DNA of 64,000 bases. It comes from Macrostomum lignano. Taxonomy: Eukaryota. The position numbers were made by a program, and so were the translations under genes. Shown piece after piece: positions 35,801 through 48,917 of this stretch (position 1 is the stretch's first letter; every line of letters begins with the position of its first letter). The notes below the pieces were generated by a model. It was not told the origin of the DNA, ran no database searches, and was given only the letters and a program-made list of their open reading frames with translations. Where the stretch lies: assembly GCA_002269645.1 (NCBI GenBank), contig NIVC01000551.1, positions 62,001 through 126,000 of the forward strand, given 5' to 3'.

Positions 35801-38800
35801 CGATTCATTGAGATTTGAGGGAGATTCTTCATGGGATATGAGAGAGATTCTTTATGGGATTTGAGGGAGATTCTTTATGGGATTTCAGGGCGATTCATTG
35901 AGATTTGAGGGAGATTCTTCATGGGATATGAGAGAGATTCTTTATGGGATTTGAGGGAGATTCTTTATGGGATTTCAGGGCGATTCATTGAGATTTGAGG
36001 GAGATTCTTCATGGGATATGAGAGAGATTCTTTATGGGATTTGAGGGAGATTCTTTATGGGATTTGAGGGAGATTATTTATGGGATTTGAGGGCGATTCT
36101 TTATGGGATTTGAGGGAGATTTTTTATGGGATTTGAGGGAGATTTTTCATGGGATTTGAGGGAGATTCTTAATGGGATTTGAGGGAGATTCTTAATGGGA
36201 TATGAGGGAAATTCTTTATAGGATTTTGAAAGCCAATAAGAAAATTGATCTCACATTTCCCATCCCCAGCTGCCCCGCCTGAGGTCGCAGACACCGCATC
36301 TTTATTGGCATCCTTATTGTCGGCGGTCGCACTTGTTGACCCAGCCGAAGGAGTCGCAGGAGCAGCAGAGGCGGAAGAAGACCCAGCAGCGGCGGTGGTG
36401 GCAGATGAGCTGCCACAGGCTCTTCCCCGCAGCTTCATCAGCTCCTCCTCCATCTGTCTACAGAGACTGCGATATTTATCGGAGTCAGCTTGCAGGGCGT
36501 GCGATTTTTTCCTGTGTCGCATAATCTCAGACTTCAGGTGCTTGTTCTGATCCTGCAGGGTGCCTGTTCGAGGTGGGTTTGGGGGCGAAGGTTGGAAACC
36601 CCTAATCGAAAAGAGCTGCCTGAAGTTTCACTGATCATTCTCCAAAAAGCTGAACTTTCCCTGACCAATCCTGAAGTGCCACCTGAAACAAGCATTTCTT
36701 CAAAACCACCTGAAGTTGGCATGGAAAAACCCTTCTGCACCACCTGAAATTCCTATGGAACATCCCTTCTAAACCACCTGAAGTTCCTATGGAACATCCC
36801 TTCTGAACCACCTGAAGTTGGAATGGAAAATCCATTCTGAACCACCTGAAGTTGCCATGGAGAATACCTTCTGAACCACCTGAAGTTGCCATGGAGAATC
36901 CCTTCTGAACCACCACCTGAAGTTGCCATGGAGAATCCCTTCTGAACCACCTGAAGTTGCCATGGAGAATCCCTTCTGAACCACCACCTGAAGTTGCCAT
37001 GGAGAATCCCTTCTGAACCACCTGAAGTTGCCATGGAGAATCCCTTCTGAACCACCACCTGAAGTTGCCATGGAGAATCCCTTCTGAACCACCTGAAGTT
37101 GCCATGGAGAATCCCTTCTGAACCACCTGAAGTTGCCATGGAGAATCCCTTCTGAACCACCTGAAGTTGCCATGGAGAATCCCTTCTGAACCACCTGAAG
37201 TTGCCATGGAGAATCCCTTCTGAACCACCACCTGAAGTTGCCATGGAGAATCCCTTCTGAACCACGTGAAGTTGCCATGGAGAATCCCTTCTGAACCACC
37301 TGAAGTTGCCATGGAGAATCCCTTCTGAACCACCTGAAGTTGCTATGGAAAATCCATTCTGCACCACCTGAAGCTCCCAGGGAAAATCCCTTCTGAAGCA
37401 CCTGAACTGTCCCTGAAAATTCTCTCCCTTTAAAACCAGCAGATCACAACGCACCAATCAGTGCTCGCATCTCGTTAGTAATGGACAGAGCCTGCTCATT
37501 CTGAGCTAATAGCTGCTCCATCTCATATTTGAGGCTCTCCAGCTCCTGTTTAGTAGCGCAACTCTGCTGCTCCATCAGCACCATCTCGTTCCTCATCTGA
37601 GTCTGGCAGGCCAGCTCGTTGCTCTCCATCAGCTCAATTTGTCTGAGATGAGCCTGCCGATTCTCCTGCACCTGATGGGTGCTCTTCTGCAGCTGGCTGC
37701 GCACCAATAGGGCTTCGCTGTACAATAGGTTGAAGTTCGATTTGAGCACCTGAAAATGGGTGAGGATCATCAAGGTTAAATAGTGCTGCTTACAACAGTT
37801 TAGAGTTATTTATTAGGCTTCTTATAATTGGCAAAATAGACTAACAAAAAATCCAGCGAGAATCTCTTAGAGACACTCACATAATCTCAAAGACACTCAC
37901 AGAAGCTCATAGAGACACTCACAGAAGCTCATAGAGACACTCACAGAAGCTCATAGAGACACTCACAGAATCTCATAGACACTCACAGAATCTCAAAGAC
38001 ACTCACAGAAGCTTATAGAGACACTCACAGAATTTCATAGAGACACTCACAGAAGCTCATAGAGACACTCACAGAATCTCATAGAGACACTCACAGAATC
38101 TCAAAGAGACACTCACAGAATCTCATAGACACTCACAGAATCTCATAGACACTCACAGAATCCCATAGACTCAAAATCTCACAGACACTCACAAAATCTC
38201 ATAGAGACACTCACAGAATCCAATACAAACATTCAGAATGCCATAGACTAGACACTCACAGAATCTCATAGGAGACTCAGAATCTCACAGACACACTCAC
38301 AGAATCCCATAGAAACTCACAGAATCCCATAGAGACACTCACAGAATTCAATACAAACATTCAGAATGCCATAGACCAGACACTCACAGAATCTCATAGA
38401 CACTCACAGAATCTCATAGACACTCACAGAATCTCATAGACACTCACAAAATCTCATAGAGACACTCACAGAAGCCCATAGACTCAGAATCTCACAGACA
38501 CACTCACAGAATCCCATAGACACTCACAAAATCTCATCGAGACACTCACAGAATTCAATACAAACATTCAGAATGCCATAGACTAGACACTCACAGAATC
38601 TCATAGGAGACTCAGAATCTAATAGACACACGCATATCTATGCGCAGACACGGGAAATCTGTCACCTGATAAACTGGAGTCTCCGTGATAACGGTATCGG
38701 GCAATTCTCTCAAATCCATGCGCAGTTTTTCGCAATCCCGAACCCGCTGATCGAGTTTCGATTGCAGCGACTCCAGCTCAGCCAATCGGCTGTTCGCCAG

Positions 38801-41800
38801 TTCGCGTTGCTCCTCAAGCTCGGAGGCCAGCTCGCGGTATTTGCTTTTGGCAATGTTGCCACCGTTGCCACCGGCTCTGCGATTCTGCTGCTGCTGCTGC
38901 TGCTGCTGCTGAGAGTCGGCTCCGTCAGGCTGTTGGTCGTCGCCAACAGAGGCGGAGGCGCCCAGTTCCCTTAGCCGCTTGATCTCTTCAACAGCTTCCG
39001 CCAGCTGCTTCTCCAGTCGGTGCACTTTGTGCTGCGAGCGCTCCAGGTTGTACTGGGAATCGTCGTGCTTGTTGCGCCACTCGGCTGAGGACTCTTCGTT
39101 TAGTTGCACCTGCCGGGTTCGGGTGGCGACTGGGGATAAGTGGGGATCTGGGAGAGGAGAGTAGCTTCATTAGTCTGGGGTCTGGGAGGCTGCCTAGCAA
39201 CTGAGTATCTGGGAGGCTACCTAGCAACTGAGGATCAGGGAGGCTGCCTAGCAACTAAGGATCTGGGAGGCTGGCCCAGAAACTAAGGATCTGGGAGGCT
39301 GGCCCAGCAACTGAGGATCTGGGAGGCTGGCCCAGCAACTGAGGATCTGGGAGGCTGGGCCAGAAACGGAGGATCTGGGAGGCTGGCCCAGAAACGGAGG
39401 ATCTGGGAGGCTGGTGGCCCAGCAACTGAGGATTTGGGAGGCTGGTGGCCCAGCAACTGAGGATCTGGGAGGCTGGTGGCCCAGCAACTGAGGATCTGGG
39501 AGGCTGGTGGCCCAGCAACTGAGGATTTGGGAGGCTGGTGGCCCAGCAACTGAGGATCTGGGAGGCTGGGCCAGAAACGGACGATCTGGGAGGCTGGTGG
39601 CCCAGTAACTGAGGATCTGGGAGGCTAGTGGCCCAGCAACTGAGGATCTGGGAGGCTGGTGGCCCAGCAACTGAGGATTTGGGAGGCTGGTGGCCCAGCA
39701 ACTGAGGATCTGGGAGGCTGGTGGCCCAGCAACTGAGGATCTGGGAGGCTGGTGGCCCAGCAACTGAGGATCTGGAAGGCCAGTGAAGCACAGACCTGCT
39801 CCTCCAGCTTCAGAGCCCTCAAGCTGAGCGTGTGCAGTCGCTCCTGCAGGCTGGTGTTGACCTGATGCAGCCGAGCATTCTCAGCATGGATGGACTCCAG
39901 CTCAGCTCTCAGAGTCTCGTCAACGTCCAGCGGAGCGGAGGAGGCTGGCAGCGAGGCCTCATCATCGATGGCAGTCGGTTCGGACTTGGCAACACTGGGA
40001 AGTGTTGAAGGCTGCTGCTTTGGCTTGGTGGTCTTTGTTGGATCTTCTGTGTCCTGCTCCTCGACCTGTCAAGGGCAAGCAGCAGGGGGGGGGGTGCCAG
40101 TTGATCTTAGCAAGCTGGAGTTGTCGCTAAACGACGCAAAATTTCATGCTGTGAATATTACGAGCCCGTAGAATCCACATTAAAATACCAATACTGGGGA
40201 TATCAGAAACGTATTAGAACTCCCGTATTAATGATATTAGAAACTCCACTAAGATCCCCATATTAGGGATATTAGAAAGCACATTAAAATCCCAATATTA
40301 GGGATATTATTAAGCACAATAAAATCCTCTCAAATGGGATATATGAAGGCCATTAAAATCCCAATGTTGGGGATATTATAAACCTCACTAAAATCCCAAT
40401 GTTAGGGATATTAGAAACCCCACTAAAATCCCAATGTTGGGGATATTATAAACCTCACTAAAATCCCAATGTTAGGGATATTAGAAACACCACTAAAATC
40501 CCAATGTTAGGGATATTAGAAACCCCACTAAAATCCCAATGTTAGGGATATTAGAAACCCCACTAAAATCCCAATGTTAGGGATATTAGAAACCCCACTA
40601 AAATCCCAATGTTGGGGATATTAGAAACACCACTAAAATCCCAATGTTGGGGATATTAGAAACCCCACTAAAATATCAATGTTAGGGATATTAGAAACAC
40701 CACTAAAATCCCAATGTTAGGGATATTAGAAACCCCACTAAAATCCCAATGTTAGGGATATTAGAAACCCCACTAAAATTCCAATGTTGGGGATATTAGA
40801 AAATGGATTAAAATCTCAATATTAGGGATATTAGAAAATGGATTAAAATCCCAATATTAGGGATATTAGAAACCCCACTAAAATCCCAATGTTAGGGATA
40901 TTAGAAAATGGATTTAAATCCCAATATTAAGGATATTAGAAACCCCAATGTTGGGGAGATTAGAAACTGGATTAAAATCCCAATATTGGGGATATTGGAA
41001 ACAACATTCCCAATGTTGGAGATATTAGAAAGCACATTAAAATCCCCATGTTGGGGATATTAGAAAGGACGTTAAAATCTTAATGTTAGGGATATACACT
41101 ACTAAGCCTCTCTAGGGGCTATGAAAAAAACTAGCTAGCAAAATGAAATCCCCTACCTTAGTTCGGCCCTCCGCAACCGCCGCAGCAGCAGCCGCCGCAG
41201 TGGCCGCCTCATCCTCCTGACCAGCTCCAGCCAGATCTTCCACAACAATCTTCTTGCGCAGCACGACAGCATGCCGAAGGCTCTGACAGCGCAACTGCAG
41301 CCTGTCAAACGCACCCACAAGTCTAGCAATAGCCCTAGTGGAAAACTCCACTCTCTGCCTTAACCGGCCATTCAACTCGTCATTGTCCCATGTGCCCAGC
41401 TGTTTGAGAAAGGACTCGGCTGCGCCAGATTTTCGATCTTCATCTAAAGCGGCCGACTCGCCTTCGAAACGGGTTAGCAACAGGCGGACATCCTCGTCGA
41501 GCTGGTTCCAGTAGCGATTGATGATGCACACCAGTTCGTCATCTTTGGTTTGCCGGCGTTCCAACTGTTCAATGCGATCTCGAAGGCTTTCCTCGGTTTT
41601 TCGGCGCTCTTCGAGTCGGTCGGTTAAGCGCTTGTTCTGAATCTGCAGCACCTTTGTGTCCAGGTCCTCCTGCGGGGCAAGATGAGCGAGGTCATGATCT
41701 GTAGAAGAGCGAGGTCATGATCTGTAGATGAGCGAGGTCATGATCTGTAGATGAGCGAGGTCATGATCTGTAGATGAGCGAGGTCATGATCTGTAGATGA

Positions 41801-42553
41801 GTGAGGTCATGATCTGTAGATGAGCGAGGTCATGATCTGTAGGTGAGCGAGGTCATGATCAGTAGGTGAGCGAGGTCATGATCTGTAGATGAGTGAGGTC
41901 ATGATCAGTAGGTGAGCGAGGTCATGATCAGTAGGTGAGCGAGGTCATGATCTGTAGATGAGTGAGGTTATGATCAGTAGGTGAGCGAGGTCATGATCTG
42001 TAGGTGAGCGAGGTCATGATCTGTAGATGAGTGAGGTCATGATCTGTAGATGAATGAGGTCATGATCTGTAGATGAATGAGGTCATGATCTGTAGATGAA
42101 TGAGGTCATGATCTGTGCTCGTAAATGAATGAGATCATTATCAGTAGATGAGTGAGGTCATGATCTGTAGATGAGCGAGGTCATGATCTGTAGATGAGCG
42201 ACGCCATGATCTGTAGATGAGTGAGGTCATGATCTGTAGATGAATGAGGTCATGATCTGTAGATGAATGAGGTCATGATCTGTGCTCGTAAATGAATGAG
42301 ATCATTATCAGTAGATGAGTGAGGTCATGATCTGTAGATGAGCGAGGTCATGATCTGTAGATGAGTGAGATTATGTATCTCAGTACATTGTTAAATGCCA
42401 CTACACCAGAAAGCCAGAAAGGGTCGCACAAAATAAACAACTCACCAGTGAATGGACCCCAGAGAATTTAACAGGCTCAAATGACACGTGAGTGAGTGCC
42501 CGCTTCTTTGGCGGTTGGTCACTGCCCGGGTCATCGTGTTCACGCTTAGACAT
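32817..42553 (-). CDS. BRE1: E3 ubiquitin ligase BRE1 (RNF20/RNF40 family), 9 coding exons, 1059 aa
   Basis: Exons 42446-42553, 41157-41669, 39796-40065, 38666-39109, 37455-37749, 36255-36563, 35059-35488, 33602-33988, 32817-33240. All GT-AG with matching phases (0,0,0,0,1,1,2,2), total 3180 nt, no internal stop. Motifs DTKVLQIQNKRL...LERRQTKDD...INRYWNQLDE and QEEDALLKEMEV...QEQNQRLMKQLKEKDDANLKLM; C-terminal C3HC4 RING CPCC...CFHVFCLDC...CPKC. Confidence 0.95.
33265..33560. repeat. BRE1 intron 8 minisatellite, 12/13-bp ggggaactggat
   Basis: Read directly. Confidence 0.9.
34020..35020. repeat. BRE1 intron 7 minisatellite, ~22-bp cccctattgatgtgccgccagt
   Basis: Read directly. Confidence 0.92.
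35495..36200. repeat. BRE1 intron 6 minisatellite, 23-bp gagggagattctttatgggattt
   Basis: Read directly. Confidence 0.92.
36660..37400. repeat. BRE1 intron 5 minisatellite, 34/37-bp gaaccacctgaagttgccatggagaatcccttct
   Basis: Read directly. Confidence 0.92.
37860..38620. repeat. BRE1 intron 4 minisatellite, 20-22-bp agacactcacagaatctcatag
   Basis: Read directly. Confidence 0.9.
39175..39775. repeat. BRE1 intron 3 minisatellite, 28/31-bp gggaggctggtggcccagcaactgaggatct
   Basis: Read directly; inverted relative to 28860-30290. Confidence 0.93.
40180..41090. repeat. BRE1 intron 2 minisatellite, 35-bp ggatattagaaaccccactaaaatcccaatgttag
   Basis: Period confirmed at 40511 and 40546. Confidence 0.92.
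41680..42370. repeat. BRE1 intron 1 minisatellite, 23-bp gatgagcgaggtcatgatctgta
   Basis: Read directly. Confidence 0.92.
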
Positions 42554-43623
42554 TCGCTTGTATTATTTTGTAACTACTACGAATGGCTTACTAAAAAAGA
42601 AATGTTGCAAGTCTCTTATTAGTGCTTATTTTGTAGTTACAACTTTCTTGTTTATTCAACATTAGTCAGCAATAATACACTTGAAACTTGTTAAAGATGA
42701 TGGCTAGTTGGAAAAGCTCTTTTTTTCTTATTCCAAAAATTTGCATCCATAGCCATAGCCCAAATTATATTTATAATAATAAAAAAAACTAAACAAAAGT
42801 GGCAGACTTGGAGAGTTACTTAAAATTTCTAGCTTTGTCTAGATGGCATCCTAAAGTAGCTTCTAGAAGTTATAACCTATAGTAGACTGCCAGTGTCTCC
42901 ACATGTAGCCAAATGTATAATAGCCAGATTTAAGTTTGCTTTGAGAAAGTTTTTAATTTTCTTAACTCAAGATAAATCAGAGCAACTTAATTTTTATTTT
43001 TAGTAGCATGTGTACTCATGGTATTTTTCATCATTATTAAAAAAAATCATGGACAGAAAAAGACAGCTTTTCAAAGAAATATAGAAATGATGCCTGTGGC
43101 TTAAACACTAGAGATAATTAACATAGGTAATATGAGATTTTATATAGCAATTGAAGTACTGAATTCTGTTTGAACATGAAAAATACAATCACCTATATTG
43201 CCAAGGGTATAATAAACAAAAAAATCTGGCATATCTATTATTTTATTTATTATTTGCCATTGTCAATAGTATAAAAATTGCAAGCTAGGAACTATTATTT
43301 AATAAATTCAATATAAGCTTTCATACTACTACTACTATAGATTATTTATGTAAAACTAAATCCTCACAAATTATCAAAAACTTCTTCTTTACACTAAACC
43401 TCTAATCTTTATACCCAAATGACTGCTTTTTAAACCTATTTTTAGGTAGGTCTCAAAGGCTAAGAATTTTTAATATATCTAAACTTTAATTTAGTAGGGT
43501 TTCATTGATTATAGTCCAATGAAAATAGTCCAACCAACCCCCCCCCTCTCCTGCCTTAGTTATCGATGGTTTTGACCCTCTCCCCTCAGTCTTGGAATGT
43601 ATCTACCTAATCTTCAACCTGAT

Positions 43624-43906
43624 TGCAGCGCATGGGCATTTTGGCGGACGGCGTCCAGCGCGGATCAGCCTATGCAGCGCAGCATTGGTGGTGGACCAGG
43701 GGTAAGTCGCAAAAATGCCACCCCATAGAATATGGGCGTAGTGAAGTGTACCTAAGGCATTTAGGCTTGATAAGACAGTCATAGTTACTCCTGCTGTTTA
43801 CCCAAAACTGCATTAATTTTGCTTTAGGGTTTCTTTCACAGGTAAGTCATTTCACAGCGTGGTGCAGGTTGTGTAGGCGTCTGGCGTACTTAAGCCATGC
43901 GCTGCA
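43624..43906. mobile_element. Putative MITE (GC-rich island in AT-rich DNA)
   Basis: 12-bp TIR TGCAGCGCATGG / CCATGCGCTGCA flanked by AT on both sides; superfamily not assignable. Confidence 0.45.
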
Positions 43907-46900
43907 ATAGGGATCTTCAATAGACCTCTATGCCTCTATTTAAGTTTAGGTATGGAAAATCGATCCCCATGAAAATTCTACATTTCTACCCACCCTAAAA
44001 CTCCCTATTCTCTATGCCCCAATTATTGTCCTAGATGATATTTTGTTTCTCAGACATAGCAGATCTTGTCTATTATGCCATTCTTAAGCAGATCTTTTTT
44101 ATCTGCTTTGTTATTGCAGGATCTTCTAAGAAGGGAGGTACATTTGTTTTGTTATTCATTTGACTAAAGTGTTCTAGCTAAATTATATGTTATTTTATAA
44201 CAAAATAGAACAATAAATTTAGGCAAATATGCATTTTAAAATGTTTCAAGAGGTATTAGAAATCTGTTTTAACTTGCAAAATATGTGCAACTTAATAGTT
44301 ATGCAAGCATTTAGTGTTAGTATAAAAAGTCAAACACTTTAAAAAGTTTATACTCAAATAATTTTATTTACTCAAATGATTTTACATTAAAATTGTAATT
44401 ATCTAATAGTTTTTGTAAGTTCTTTAAACTTGATACATAAAATATTATTTATTTAAATAAAAATAGGACATTTCTGATTGAAAAGTGTTGGCAGCCATTT
44501 TAAAAAATTAATAATTAGCTACTTTCCAAATATTGTCTATTTGGTTTAGTAGTTCTAATTGATAATCTTGATTTATCTGACAATTATTATATAGCTTATC
44601 TAATTTATCAATTAGATATGTCATTTAGGCCAAAAGAGCCAAAGTAACTTAGGAAAAAATTGAACACCTTTCTTATTCCTTGGTTTAACAGAACCAAAAG
44701 TTATAGTAAAATGCTCTCTATTAGTAACTCTCTTTTTTTAAGGTAAGGAAAAAAGACTTTTCTTTTACCAAGGTTTACATTGTACATTTTTTCTCATGTC
44801 AGCATTGTGCTAATATTAGACCTAGTGATTTTTATCAAATTGATCAACTTTAATTTTTGGACTTTATGACCTTAAGCAAACTGTTTGTCATAGGCCTACC
44901 TATAATTTAGCTAGCTATAGTTTCTAACTAGACCAAGCTAACTTGCTAAAAAATCAGCTGAATAAAAGGTTGGTATAGTCCATTTTGGCAAAGGCCCATT
45001 TTAGAAAGACTAATAATATACTAACAGACCATTTTTACTATATTGGATGTCAACATTATTTTGCTAATCTACAAATTTGCGAGTCCAGCTCTTAATAGCC
45101 TAGCTAGCTAGTTAGCTATGCTTATTAGTGGTAGACCAATTATGGATTTTTGCAAGTTTCCAAAACCAAATCTAAAGTGTTTCCAAATGTATACAAAAAG
45201 TAAAAGGTAAACAGCAGGAGTAACTATGACATTTATATAACAATAATGCCTCATCATCTAATAAGCATTTTAAATAAGCAACTAGTCTATTTTTCAAGTG
45301 AAATTTAAGTGAAATTGCAAAAATTAAAACTTAGTAAGGAGTAAATAAGTTTGAATTGAACTTAGCTAATCTAGATAATTCTAACTATTAAAAGTAGGCC
45401 TATACTAACTAATATTCAATTTGTTCAATTTGAGAACTTTATTATAAGTCTATGCATTTACATTTTGAAAAAAACCAACCAATGATTACACTTAAACAAT
45501 GATTGTCAAAAATGTTTCTGCAACTTTAGGTTCAATGCCTTAAACTAAAGGTCCCAAAGTTTAGTAACTTTACTTGATATAACTGTCTTTTAAATAATGT
45601 TAAGCCTAGACCTATTGCAAAAATGAACAATATGATATAAAATATTGCATTTTTGTTTTTAATATACTTTTTTATTTTTAAAGTTTTATTTCTCTTGCAT
45701 TTGACTTTGTTAAGGTTTTTTTATTTTTTATATTGCGAAGCACATTTGGAAATTTTTGGAAAATAAAATTTCCAAATCCAAAATATTCCTATTTATTACT
45801 AATGCTTATTTTAAAGTTGAATTGTAAGTATAATTATATATAATTAGTTATGGATAAATTGTCATTTGAAGTTTTTTAGATTTCTAAGGTTAATCACTAT
45901 CCCTATTGCAATAAATGTTAAAAACACATGGACATGCACTTTAATAGCTTCTAGTCAATCTGGCAACAAAACAATCTAGCAACAGGTAATCTGGCAGTGG
46001 CGACAGTCAAAGTGGTGATAGACAATCTGGTGACAGATTTTATATTTTATATTTTATGGATTTTAGATGCAAACATAACTTTACAAGTAGTTTTTACGTA
46101 GTTTTTACATACTTAAACATATTATACATTATGATATATGTTTTTTATATAAATTACAATGCAAAATAGACTATTAGTAATGCTAGAATGCAAAACATAC
46201 ATTAAATTAATTTAAGATGGGAAACCAAAAGATTTCCAGTTGTTTTGTCTATTTATAAAGCCAAGGTAAACTAGTAAAGTTCTATTTCAGTTTAGATATA
46301 ATGTAACCTCAATAGAGGAAATTAAATTTATGTTATACTGCATTAAAGTTATAGCCATAAGCCATAGGGAAATTTTGGATGAAGTCATGATGAGCAATAT
46401 CTAGGCCTAAATCTCACAAGTAATATTATAAACTATTGCTTAAAAAGTAGATAGCACAATATTAGCATATTAGGCCTAGATAATCTTTTAAGGCATTGAT
46501 TTGATTTAGCCATTAAACCAGTTAAACCTACTACATAAAGGTTCACAATAATGGTAAGACCATCACCTTGCATGCTAGATGCTAGACTATGATTTAGATA
46601 AGAGCCACAACAAAAACAAGGACCTCGCCTTGGATAGAGACAAGGATTATAAACCCAGTTCAATAGAAAGAGATAGCAGCCATAGAGGCCAAAGAGAACA
46701 AGGATGACCAAGGAGAGCAAGGAAGACCTAAGAAGTACAAGCCAAGAAAAGTAAAGAAAAAATCTCAACTTGTTCACAATGGACCAAAACTAACCAAAGT
46801 CCAAATTGTAACATCTGAGCCTATCACAATGGCCTGTCTAGACTTGAACAAGTTATTTGTCTAATAGGTCGAGATAAACTTTGTCTGGCAGGGCATTAAG

Positions 46901-47551
46901 CCACTTTATGCCTGCTTTCAACATTATATTGCCCAGCTAAAGAGGCACTGCCTTGGCCCCAAAGTATAGCATTGGTTGACAAAAAATGCCAACACATACT
47001 TTATAGGCAATAAGCCATATGCATTGTTCCTGCATGGATTTCCCAGGAAGAAGAAGGATCACCTCATTCCAATTTCCTTGGTTATTGAAGAATGCAGCGA
47101 CAGTGAGGTTGCTGGGTACAAGTATATATATTGTTTTTTTCTTTCGAGAGAAAGTCAAAACCTGTGCATTTATGGATTCAACCCACTTCAGCAAAGGAAT
47201 TTTTGGCGAAAGTCAATAATGGCAAAAAAGACTTTTGCAGTGACCATTTTGTCTAAAATTGATCTGGCCAAGTTGCTTAAACTGCCACTGCACTTCAACA
47301 GCTGGAAGAAATGCTAGGGCCATGAGCTTTCTACACAAGGCCTGAATTTACAGATTTTCGATGTAAGCCTTCTGGAGACCAAGGGCTTGCACAAGTTGCC
47401 ATATGGCTTGGGTAAAGTGGAAGTTGCACCCACGCCGTTTCACATGAGGCCACACGGATTAAGTGCCCTCCACATAGCCGCCTTAAAGTCTAGTACAAAT
47501 CCAAGCAGCCTGCATCTAGAAAATAATACCACATACATGTACAGTATAGTA

Positions 47552-48917
47552 CGAGGGATGTTCCATAAGTACTTATACTTTTGCATGCTGCTCAGGAACT
47601 ACGCAACCAATCATTGTAAGTTTTATGTCACTGGAAAGCGGCTTTACTCATCTTTAATCTGTCGCCAAAATCATTTCGTTCTGTCAACTATGTCAAAAGT
47701 TACAACAAAAAACGTAGTCAAAGGTCACCCATAGACTTACAAGAAATTTTCAAAATCAAAACTTCAAAGTTCAGCACGCAGAGTTATTTCGGATTCTACA
47801 TAATGCATTCTTTTTTGCTTCATAAGCGAATGCCACACCCTTTTCGTCTATGGAAAATACTGGCCTAAGCTTTCACAGCATCTTAATCTTAAGATCACAG
47901 CATCTTAATCTTGTAAAGTTTCACCACCTTGGCTGCTGCTGCATCACCATGGATGTGAACTCAAGGGAAGGACAGTGCGCTGCAATTTTTACCCTCTGGA
48001 AACTCGGAAAAAAGCGATCAGAGATTTATGTGGATTTATGCAACATTCATGGAGCTAATGCGGTGAGCAGGATGACCGTCTACAACTGGGTTGAGCAGTT
48101 CGAAGCAGGAAGGACCAATCCTCCGGTAAAAGCTCAAAGGACGCACATGGAAAGAAGATCATGCTGTCTCTGTTTTTCGACTGCAATGGTCCTCTAACTG
48201 TCGAGTTTTTGGAGCCAAACACTACAATAAACTCTGAGCGCTACGTTGAAACGCTAACAAAGCTGCATCATGACATCCAGAACAAGCGTCGTGAAAATCC
48301 CAGATCTTTCATTCTTCATCATGACAATGCAAGGCCTCATACAGCACAAAAGACAGTCGAGGCAATCAGCAAGCTGAAGCTCCATCTTCTACCTCACCCT
48401 CCTTACTCTCCAGACCTGGCACCAGCAGACTTTGCTTTATTTCCAGAGTTGAAGCGCCATCTGAAAGGACGCGTGTACGAGACCAGGAACCAGATCGAGG
48501 AGGAAGTCCGCAGAATTCTGCTGTATGTCATCCCCCGACAGCTGTACGCAGAAGCCATCAAAAGCATGTTTAACAGGTGGACCAAGTGCATCAACTCCGG
48601 TGGAAACTACGTTGAGAAGGTGTCGGTACCGACTGAGGATGAGTGACAAAGAAGTCAAACTTTCTGTCATCAATAACGCGCCTCTGTTTTCATGCTTGCC
48701 ATTGTAGTTGTTGCTCTTTAAATTTCTTGTAAGTCTATGGGTGACCTTTGACTACGTTTTTTGTTGTAACTTTTGACATAGTTGACAGAACGAAATGATT
48801 TTGGCGACAGATTAAAGATGAGTAAAGCCGCTTTCCAGCGACATAAAACTTACAATGATTGGTTGCGTAGTTCCTGAGCAGCATGCAAAAGTATAAGTAC
48901 TTATGGAACATCCCTCG
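47552..48917 (+). mobile_element. Mariner (D34D) DNA transposon, internally deleted, with 198-bp TIRs
   Basis: TA TSD at 47550-47551 and 48918-48919; TIRs 47552-47749 and 48720-48917 with one mismatch seen; CGAGGG terminus as in irritans-type mariners. Confidence 0.95.
47949..48646 (+). pseudogene. Defective mariner transposase
   Basis: N-terminal HTH (MDVNSRE...VSRMTVYNWVEQFEAGRT) joins directly to NPPVKAQRTH, so the second HTH, the WVP linker and the first catalytic Asp are missing. A frameshift near 48150 is followed by GKKIMLSLFFD...HHDNARPH...YSPDLAPADF, with 34 residues between the two Asp. Confidence 0.9.

Noticed and set aside
31002-39822. Repetitive ORFs at 31002-31772, 32384-32663, 33028-33601, 36635-37457 and 39248-39822
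   Set aside because: Minisatellite translations within or beside BRE1 introns
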